The notes under the pieces were generated by a model. It searched no databases. It had not been told where the DNA came from and worked only from the letters and a program-made list of their open reading frames with translations. From positions 2,240,001-2,304,000 of the forward strand of contig OY760907.1 in assembly GCA_963664195.1 (NCBI GenBank): a stretch of DNA of 64,000 nt, read 5' to 3'. The translations under genes and the position numbers were made by a program. Below are positions 17,349 through 25,292 of this stretch, one piece after another (the stretch's first letter is position 1; each line of letters begins with the position of its first letter). The stretch comes from an uncultured candidate division Zixibacteria bacterium (GTDB taxonomy: Bacteria; Zixibacteria; MSB-5A5; GN15; FEB-12).

Positions 17349-19020
17349 ATGAGCGACAGCAATTCACGCAGTCAGGAACAGATTTTCGCCGACATGTTCC
17401 GTGAACTCCGGGCCTGGAACCCGGACATCGCGGCCTCTCCGGAACGCATGGACCCCGTCTTGCGGATTCTCATGCAGATGTATTCGAGTCAGTTGTCGCG
17501 AATAGACAAACGGGTGGATGACATCTGGGACATCGCCACCGGATCGCTCATACGATCTGTTTGCCCTGAGGCGGCACGATGGCCCGTACCGGCTCACACG
17601 GTTCTCAAATGTGAGTTAGGTGACCCGGTTGTCGAAGTAGACACCAACACCCGGTTCTTTTACAAAGAGCAACGCGAAGGCGGGCGGGCTTTTTTTTTTC
17701 GCGCCAGAACGTAAAGAGAAACTGGCCTCAGCCGAAGTCGTCTCGATCTTCCTTCAGACCGGTGACGAGTATGCGCCAGTGCCCAATCTCTCACTGACAG
17801 CCGGTCCGACCGGCAACCCGATTCCGGTCAGTTCAGGATCCTCTTCAACCAGATTACACCTCGTGGCAAAATGGGCAGGCCGCACACAAGACCTGGCAGG
17901 TACCACCATCTTCCTGCGCGGCAGGAAGGAAATACGCCGACAACTCTTGTGGTCACATTGGCATCCTACCGATGCATTTGGAGGCTGCCTGCTTGAGAGT
18001 GTCTTCTGTCCCGGTCGACAGGGCACTATCGAAGAGATGTTCGCCACTCGGGACGGCCGCAGCCGGTCCTGGGGCGGTTTCCGGTCCGGAAGCACTGTAT
18101 TCAGCGATCTAACCGACAGTTTCGTGATCCTGCCTGGATCATTTGTATCCGCCTGGCAGCCGTTGGATCCTACCAGTCCCGTTGTCGAGAGGCTCGGTCT
18201 TGCCGCAGCGATGCAGGCCGGCACGGGCGAGAAGTATTATCTCGCGACTCTCGAACTTCCGGAGCGGGGAGATCGACAGGCGTTTGCATCAGGTCTGGGG
18301 CTTGATTTTGGCTGTTTTATAGCCACCAACAGAAACGAACTGACTCTGTTCAAGCACACTGCCGGCAATCGCGTGGTCGATTTCGAACTGCCGGAACCGA
18401 TTGATTCGATACTGAGTATCGTAAGAGTCGCCGACGCCAGAGGACGTAAGTATCTTCCCCGATTCGACAACAGCAATGGTTCGGTGGAACGATCGTACAC
18501 GCTTGAAGAGCGGGGCGACCGCTTGCTGCTCTGGTTCGATTTCTCCTCGCAGCTTGAGGCTCCACCGGAATCGCTTACCGTCACGTATGCCGTAACCGAA
18601 GGAACCGGAGCGAACGGCATCGAATACGGGAAGATTGCCACTTTGTATGAAAGCCACCCCGGAATCAAAGCCTGTAGGAATGTCACTGACACCGGCGGGG
18701 CCGTGCCTGCCAAAACCAACGAACAAATTATGACCGAAGTATCGACGCGTCTCAGGGGTCGCGACCGCGCTCTCACCTATGCCGACATCACCTCGTGGAC
18801 AAAAACGTTTGATCCGAGGATTCAATCGGTAGAGTGTGAGAACGGCGTACAGCGCACACGCCACGGAGTGCGAAAGTGCATCGTGGTGGGCGTTTATGTC
18901 GCCCGTACTGATTTCTATGCGGACGACGAAATGAACATGCTCAAGGAGCGAATCGGCAGTTTCCTCAAGGAACGCTCGCCGATCAACACCCAGTACCAGG
19001 TGGAGATTATCGCCCGATGA
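17349..19020 (+). pseudogene. tssF: Baseplate TssF, interrupted by one extra T in a T10 homopolymer (17690-17699)
   Basis: N-part 'MDPVLRILM..PVPAHTVL' stops at 17714. The next frame is open from 17701 to 19020 and carries 'VTYAVTEG.GANG', 'TDTGG', 'LRGRDRALTYADI'. Deleting one T gives a continuous 556-aa ORF (..GRAFFFAPERKEKL..). Confidence 0.8.
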
Positions 19021-19931
19021 CATTTGCCGGTCACAACATCATGCCGAATCTTGTCAATCGACGAGCCCCCGTGAACTATGCGACGGCTCTGGTGACGTTG
19101 ATGAGGATGGGCGTGGATCTCTCGCGGGTGAGAATGCTGGCCGTCGGCGAATACGAAAATTACCGCGGAGAGATTCGTGCCCAGTCGCCGGAACCGGGTG
19201 AAGAATTCGGACCTTCCACAGAGATCAAGCTCGAAGTCGGTTGTCCCAGCGCGGTCGATCAGATGCCGTACCAGTTCTTCTACGGTCTCGGAGACGCCAC
19301 TGTCTCCGGCACGCAGTGGGAGGAGGATGCCCGTCACCTGATGGCGCCATTTGATGCCGAGGTGATCCGTCACAGGGGAGAGGCGCGTTCGCATATCCTT
19401 CGGTTGACCTACGGTTGTTTCGACCGTACTCAGGTCGAGCGGCTTATCGGCGCGTTTGGTGTGGAACTTCCGGATATGGAACTGGATGATCGTGAGGTTA
19501 CCATTCTTGCGTCGCTCCTTCCCAGTTATAACGAATGGGCCGGCAATGCCCTGGCGGTGGCAAAGGTGCTCGAGAATTTCTTTGGCCACTCGTTTGAAAT
19601 CGTTGAGAATGTTCCGCAGCGGACGAAAATCCCCGCGCGCCTCCGCTATCATCTTGCTCAAACGAGCGCGGGGCTTGGTAGAGAGACCGTACTTGGGGAC
19701 TCATTTGTTGAATGCGATTCCACCTGTCTGGTGGTAATGCGCGGGGTTAGCCCTGATTTGGCAGGCCAACTGCTCCCGGGCGGGCTGCTTCGCAAGAAGC
19801 TCGATTGGATACTGAAACTGGCAATACCCGGCAATCTTGAATGTAAACTGAAAGTACTGCCGGTAGAACGCGGGATGCGAATAGGATCAACTCAGGGAAG
19901 CACCCGATTGGGAGTCGCCAGTTGTCTATAA
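19017..19931 (+). CDS. tssG: Baseplate TssG-like protein with PASTA-like N-terminal domain
   Basis: Overlaps the tssF stop (ATGA). 'DQMPYQFF', 'EEDARHLMAPFD.E', 'GN...A.VL..FF', 'LGRETVLG' resemble Bacteroidota TssG. Confidence 0.72.
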   Translation: MTFAGHNIMPNLVNRRAPVNYATALVTLMRMGVDLSRVRMLAVGEYENYRGEIRAQSPEPGEEFGPSTEIKLEVGCPSAVDQMPYQFFYGLGDATVSGTQWEEDARHLMAPFDAEVIRHRGEARSHILRLTYGCFDRTQVERLIGAFGVELPDMELDDREVTILASLLPSYNEWAGNALAVAKVLENFFGHSFEIVENVPQRTKIPARLRYHLAQTSAGLGRETVLGDSFVECDSTCLVVMRGVSPDLAGQLLPGGLLRKKLDWILKLAIPGNLECKLKVLPVERGMRIGSTQGSTRLGVASCL

Positions 19932-20017
19932 ATGCAGTGAGTTCAAGCACAGACTGCAGGATGCTTGACTTGATGTTTGTAAGTAGGTAGATTGATTTCT
20001 TATTCTAGGATAACAGG

Positions 20018-21451
20018 ATGAGCAACTTAAAGTTATATTCCGTGAACTGGCAGGACGGCATGTTGCTGAACGAGCAGCATCTCTCCGACCAGGAACGGTA
20101 TCTCGAGGACCTTTCACGATGGTACGCCATGCCAAGTGGCGATGCCTACGGACTGGTACGTGCCGGAGCCGCTGATGCTCCCGCATTGAGCCTGAATCTG
20201 AGCGTCAACGGTGACAGATTGCGGGTTCAGGTGGACCGCTGCCGTGCCATAACGTCCGATGGTCACATCATTGATATCAATGAATCTTCGGCTGATTCAG
20301 TCGGCGCCACGATGCACCTCGCCGATGGCGACATCCCCGTCTACATCAGCGTCAATCCGGGACAGAAAAATCCCACCGGCGCGCCGGATACAACGGAGGA
20401 AGTCCCCCGTTTGCCGTATCGCGCTAGCGCGTATACCGTGCATCTCGGAGAGCGCCCCAACGCGCCCGAGGGGCAAATGCTCCAGTTGGCCGTGTTGGTG
20501 GCAGCCGGTTCCGAGGTTGCTCATTCGGCGAGGTACATGCCTCCCTGTGTGACGCTAGTCGCCGATGAGCGACTCAACCAAAAAACGGGGGATCTTCGCA
20601 ACGGATTGGAGTCTTTACTGTCAGTTGGCAACAGGGCTTTTGCGGCCATGCTGGCGGGCGACAAGACGGATTTGCAGGCCAGCTTGCGCGACTGCGTTTA
20701 TCGCTTTGTGGCCTACCTCTCATCTTCGGTCGATGAGTTTGTCGTGGGGCGCAACTCCGGACATCCGCTGTCATTGGTGATTTTCTATCGAAAGCTGTTC
20801 CGCGTTTTTCACACCTTGCTGAATCTTCATCCGGGTGTGAGAGATTACGTGCATGAGAAGTACTTCATCAAAGAAGCCAGCACGGATGTTTCACGGTTTA
20901 TGTCATTAATCGACGGCTTTCTCTTGGCGCGTTATAACCACGAAGATATCGGCGGTCACATACTGGCGATTGAAGGGATCACCGATCACATCAGGGGGCT
21001 GCTTGGTTTTCTGGCGCACATCAAGGGCGAGCAACTCGGCCCGCAGGCGGTGCAGACGGATTCGATTTCGTATTCCGGCAAAACGTATATGGTCGCCGAT
21101 TACACCCGTATCGATGTCGAACAGGTGGGTGATCTCGTCTACGTGCAAGTGAACCTCTCTAATCCGGCACCTATGAAAGACACGGTGATTTTGCTGGCAA
21201 AGAGTATTTTTGATTTGCAGGATTGGCAGGCTATGCATGTCCGTCTGGGATTGAATGATGCCCGCGGTCTCGGCGAAACCGACCCGGTTGCGGTTGATGC
21301 AACCACCTACGGCGACAAAGTTGCGCTGCATCCACACGACTTGCTGCAAACGCAGTCGGTCCGCAGGCTCACTATGATATTCCGGGGCGCTCCCGATGTC
21401 CAGGGGTTCAACCAGTTGGGCAAGATGGACCTCTTCGTTTATGCACAGTAA
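20018..21451 (+). CDS. tssK: Baseplate TssK-like protein
   Basis: N-terminal 'SVNWQDGMLLNEQHL..QE', 'YGL', 'CRAITSDG..IDI', 'G.PD..E.PR.PY', 'YMPPC', 'YNHEDI'. Confidence 0.8.
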   Translation: MSNLKLYSVNWQDGMLLNEQHLSDQERYLEDLSRWYAMPSGDAYGLVRAGAADAPALSLNLSVNGDRLRVQVDRCRAITSDGHIIDINESSADSVGATMHLADGDIPVYISVNPGQKNPTGAPDTTEEVPRLPYRASAYTVHLGERPNAPEGQMLQLAVLVAAGSEVAHSARYMPPCVTLVADERLNQKTGDLRNGLESLLSVGNRAFAAMLAGDKTDLQASLRDCVYRFVAYLSSSVDEFVVGRNSGHPLSLVIFYRKLFRVFHTLLNLHPGVRDYVHEKYFIKEASTDVSRFMSLIDGFLLARYNHEDIGGHILAIEGITDHIRGLLGFLAHIKGEQLGPQAVQTDSISYSGKTYMVADYTRIDVEQVGDLVYVQVNLSNPAPMKDTVILLAKSIFDLQDWQAMHVRLGLNDARGLGETDPVAVDATTYGDKVALHPHDLLQTQSVRRLTMIFRGAPDVQGFNQLGKMDLFVYAQ

Positions 21452-21478
21452 GAACAAAAAGGCAGGGTCTACAGACTG

Positions 21479-22390
21479 ATGAATGCGTACGTTGAAGACC
21501 TATTTTCGTATCTCGATCGTTTTGAAACGCGGCCGGGCGAATTCGACACCGAGGCGTTTCTCCAGACGTACAACGGCGTCTATACCGTTTTTGAAGCACT
21601 GACCGAACAGCGCGACAAAGCTGTCGAACTTGACCTTTTCTTCGTTGATAAGATCAAGCAAACTGCGCCGTCGAAATCGGGCCTTCGTCTGCTGACGATC
21701 CAGCTTCTGATATCGTTTTTCGAAGCCGAGGCGGATATCGACGGTCAGTCCAACAAGGGTTACTTGTATTGCCGCTCACTCCGAGAGATCAAACAGGATG
21801 TTCCGTATTTCGAACGGCACCTGATCCCATTGCTGTTCAATGATGCAGGCCTCACCGGCAATGTCAAACTCCACCGTTTCTTTCTGGATGAGATTGCCCG
21901 CTATCTGAACAAGTATGGTTCTCGTCTCGACGCCAACCTAACGCCCGAGACGTTTGACGGTCTGTCCGATCCGATGAAGTTTCTTGTGCTGGCAAGACGA
22001 AGGCTGCTGATCGGCAACGACCTGCTGAAGGATCGCACCAGTCTTGAATTCCATTTGCTTCAGGTCAAGGCGTTTCCCAAACTTGCGGCCAGAAACAAGG
22101 CGTATCGCGAACACCTGTCGGAGTGGAAATATCTTCAGACCGACAGCTTCTGGACCAAACTCTCCGGCTGGTTCGGTGAGTTTACGGGCAAACTTGGCGG
22201 CGCGTTCTCGTCCTGGAAGTATTTCAGGCTGGTGATCCGTCAGCGCAACGCCGCCTATCTGACGTACACGATTATTATGATCTTGAGCATTCTGTTGGCC
22301 ATATATGTGCCGATGAAGTGGTCCGCCTATTCGGGTGAACAACTCGAGGATCTCGAAAACCACGCGACTGAATTGCAGCAGGGCAACTAG
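21479..22390 (+). CDS. Helical cytoplasmic protein with a single C-terminal TM helix (TssL-like topology, family unrecognised)
   Basis: 303 aa, predominantly helical. Hydrophobic 'YLTYTIIMILSILLAIYVPM' near the C-terminus; directly after tssK. Confidence 0.6.
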   Translation: MNAYVEDLFSYLDRFETRPGEFDTEAFLQTYNGVYTVFEALTEQRDKAVELDLFFVDKIKQTAPSKSGLRLLTIQLLISFFEAEADIDGQSNKGYLYCRSLREIKQDVPYFERHLIPLLFNDAGLTGNVKLHRFFLDEIARYLNKYGSRLDANLTPETFDGLSDPMKFLVLARRRLLIGNDLLKDRTSLEFHLLQVKAFPKLAARNKAYREHLSEWKYLQTDSFWTKLSGWFGEFTGKLGGAFSSWKYFRLVIRQRNAAYLTYTIIMILSILLAIYVPMKWSAYSGEQLEDLENHATELQQGN

Positions 22391-22430
22391 GACTGCCAAC
22401 CTGCAGTCTGTTTGTTATTGATAGGAAAGC

Positions 22431-24629
22431 ATGAAACCGGCGAAGATATTCAAGTTTCTCAAAAAAGGCTCCAAGGCCGCATCCGGCCGGGGCAAGAAGA
22501 AGACAGCCGCGAAGTTTACATGGCCGGCCGGCGTGAGATTGGGCCTGTTTGGTCATACTAACTCCGGTAAGACCGTCTTCTACTCGGTTCTCAACGAAGA
22601 ATGCAAGATTTCACGCGACCTGCAATTGTCGGTAACCGATCATGCGACCGCCAACGAGTTGCTGAAACACTACCGTTCGATCTGGGGACTGTCCACTGCG
22701 GTCGACGCCGGCACGGCGGTCGACATGGCCGGCGAAAAGAAGTTTCCCGAGCCGACCGAAAGAGAATTGCCGTATTTGTTCAATGCCACTCTGGATCGAG
22801 GAACCAAAGTCTCGGTGGTCGGCTACGAATACAACGGCAAGTCCGTGGCTCTTTCGGCCACCGGTGAGGAAGCCGAAAAGGCCGAGGACTTCATGTGCGG
22901 CTGCGACGGCCTCCTGTTTCTGTACGATCCGAAATTACTCAAAGCCGAAATAGAGAACCACGCCCACGTCGCCTCGTTTGCGAACATGGTCGAGAAGCTT
23001 GCGCCGCTCAGTGCAAAACTCCCCATTCCGGTTGGCGTTATAGTAACCAAGTCCGATATTCTGGCGGGATTTACGGGCGAAGAGCAAACAGTGCTGGTGC
23101 CTGCCGAGGACGAAAGTCTTCTCGCTGAAGAGTATGAGGAGTTGGTGGAACGAGTGCTCGCCTCCAACCGGATCGCTAAGAATTCGAAATGGGCAGGGAC
23201 GGTGCGCGAGATTTTGATCCGCTTGCAGCCGTTTTTGAAAATCGTCGTGGGACGTACGCTGGATTTCCAAATGTTTTTCACTTCGTCGACCGGCACTACG
23301 CCTGAGAAAATCGGCACCGAAGTTGGCCGGTCAATCTATGCGCCTCCCAGGGTCATCCGACCGGTCGGAGTCAAAGAACCGTTCTACTGGATATTAAACG
23401 CGATTCTGCGTAATCGGAAAATATCCCTGCTTCGGAAGATAACGCACTGGGTGACGGCTGCGGCGATTATTTGGGCCATCGCCTACTCGATACCACACCT
23501 CTACCATTTCAATTATCTCCTCCCTCGCACTCAAGAAGTGGAGGAGAGCATCATGGATGTCTACGAGGGCAATATATACTCGACTTCTGACGAGGAGCGC
23601 GGCAAAATTGGGTCGGCGTACCGTCGCTACGAAGACTCCTGGATTGTCAAGGGACTGTTCCCACGATTCGTGGCACCTTCGGGCCGAATTCGCAACGCCT
23701 ATCGCAAGTTCGACGTCTCCGAGGCGGTCAAAGCGCTCAACCAGAATATCGATATGTTCACGGCCGTTGTCACCGACAGCACCATGTGGCCGAGCGTGAA
23801 TCCATCCGACAACTCGCTGATTCTTGCGCCGGAACACGAGCGCTTGCTGACATCGTTGCAGGAATTCCACAAAGGGGATGAAACGTCGGAGTTGTTCACA
23901 CGCAGCGGACGAGTGCTCACGTATTGGGAGCTGTTTGCCGGAGCGATCGTGATGCCGGACGACACGGCCGCATGGAACGTTATCAAACGCCAGGTCGAAC
24001 AGGACCAGAGCCTATACGCCCGCGAGGTCAATTCCTCCGAGATGAAACTCGGCGAAGCGTTGTCTGCCTACAAGGTCAAACAGGCCTCAAGAGTGATTGC
24101 ACAGGAGACGGCTTTCGAGTTCGACGATCAGATCATGGCCAACGTCAACGGTAACCCCGATCCGAGCTATCGGCTGGACCAGGCGGTTCGCGAACTCAGA
24201 CGAGTGGCCTCCAAACTTGATCGCTCGGACACCAAGCATCACAACATGATCGACAAGTATCTAAAGGATGCCAAAAAGTGGGCGCGATCACGTGAATACA
24301 AGTGCAAGATTGAAACTCTGCCGGGCGGCGGACATTTGCATATCGAGGTCACCGATGCCGGCAAGGATCCGACGTGGTCCGAGATAAATCAGATATTTGA
24401 GGGTGACGAGATCACGCTGAAATGGAAAACCGGGCAGGATATTCATATCGCTATCGACACCGCCGGGCATCAGTGCCAGTTGGGCAAAGCAGCGGCTGAC
24501 AAAGTCGTCAAGAAGGGCAAGTACGCATTGTTTGAACTTGAACAGGGGGTCTCGTTCAGTAACGTGGGCAAGCAGGTGACGATCAGGTTTGAGCCGAGTT
24601 TGGTTGATCGTCTCCCGAGTCTCGAATAA
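22431..24629 (+). CDS. Membrane-anchored TRAFAC-type P-loop GTPase with large extracytoplasmic C-terminal region (TssM-like topology)
   Basis: G1 GHTNSGKT, G3-like YEYNG, 'CDGLLFLYDP', G4 TKSD, 'FFTSSTG', 'PVGVKEPFYWIL'. TM 'WVTAAAIIWAIAYSI', then a helical region and a beta-rich C-terminus. Confidence 0.75.
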   Translation: MKPAKIFKFLKKGSKAASGRGKKKTAAKFTWPAGVRLGLFGHTNSGKTVFYSVLNEECKISRDLQLSVTDHATANELLKHYRSIWGLSTAVDAGTAVDMAGEKKFPEPTERELPYLFNATLDRGTKVSVVGYEYNGKSVALSATGEEAEKAEDFMCGCDGLLFLYDPKLLKAEIENHAHVASFANMVEKLAPLSAKLPIPVGVIVTKSDILAGFTGEEQTVLVPAEDESLLAEEYEELVERVLASNRIAKNSKWAGTVREILIRLQPFLKIVVGRTLDFQMFFTSSTGTTPEKIGTEVGRSIYAPPRVIRPVGVKEPFYWILNAILRNRKISLLRKITHWVTAAAIIWAIAYSIPHLYHFNYLLPRTQEVEESIMDVYEGNIYSTSDEERGKIGSAYRRYEDSWIVKGLFPRFVAPSGRIRNAYRKFDVSEAVKALNQNIDMFTAVVTDSTMWPSVNPSDNSLILAPEHERLLTSLQEFHKGDETSELFTRSGRVLTYWELFAGAIVMPDDTAAWNVIKRQVEQDQSLYAREVNSSEMKLGEALSAYKVKQASRVIAQETAFEFDDQIMANVNGNPDPSYRLDQAVRELRRVASKLDRSDTKHHNMIDKYLKDAKKWARSREYKCKIETLPGGGHLHIEVTDAGKDPTWSEINQIFEGDEITLKWKTGQDIHIAIDTAGHQCQLGKAAADKVVKKGKYALFELEQGVSFSNVGKQVTIRFEPSLVDRLPSLE

Positions 24630-24664
24630 CAGGAACGTTGGTGAGTATATTCAAGGAGAGTATC

Positions 24665-25189
24665 ATGCGGCACGCAGTAAAGATAAGAGGTCTGGCAACT
24701 GTTCTGCTTGTTGCCCTTACGGTTATTGGAATCTGTGGAACGGCCTTTGCTGGCAAACTACAGTTGCCGCAGGGGACCGAACTGAAGGTTAAGTTCGCCG
24801 CTGACGCCAAAATCAACTCGGGTGCTTCCACACCGGGCGACGTAGTAGCTATAGAACTGGCCGAGCCGATCACCCTGGCCGGACAGGTCATTGTCGAGAA
24901 GGGTGCCGCAGGCACCGCGATTGTCGATCAGGTCAAGCCGAGCGGTCGAGGCGGCAAACCGGGATACATCACGGTAAAGTTCGCCGATATGGAACCCTCG
25001 GGTGCATTCAAAGTCGTTGGCGACGGTAAGATCATGCTGTCAGGCGTTGCCGAGGGCGAGGGCAAAGGCAAAAAGACGTTGTCCTATCTTTTCATCTTTG
25101 GACTGTTCATCAAGGGCGGACAGGGCGAAATCGTCGCCGGTCAAACGTACACGGCGACAATTGCCGAGAACGTGCTTCTAGAAAACTAG
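24665..25189 (+). CDS. Secreted small protein with VirB10/TrbI-like beta-domain pattern
   Basis: AAGGAG RBS, signal peptide ending 'TAFA', 'LPQGTELKV..INS..GD.V...L.EPI..G.VIV.KG', hydrophobic 'LSYLFIFGLFI' and 'EIVAGQTYTA'. Confidence 0.6.
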   Translation: MRHAVKIRGLATVLLVALTVIGICGTAFAGKLQLPQGTELKVKFAADAKINSGASTPGDVVAIELAEPITLAGQVIVEKGAAGTAIVDQVKPSGRGGKPGYITVKFADMEPSGAFKVVGDGKIMLSGVAEGEGKGKKTLSYLFIFGLFIKGGQGEIVAGQTYTATIAENVLLEN

Positions 25190-25292
25190 ACGGTCAGTCG
25201 TCATATTCAATATCCGGTCCACTCCTTAGTAGGAGGCATTGTCGAAGACGATTATGCCCGTTGGTGAGGTGCGCCGGGCAGGGGAGGTTTTC

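Noticed and set aside
10108..21451. Prophage tail or extracellular contractile injection system (Afp/PVC/tailocin)
   Set aside because: No capsid, terminase, integrase, lysis, tape-measure, tail-terminator or fibre genes seen; ClpV, TssK and a two-part TssB/TssC sheath indicate a T6SS.
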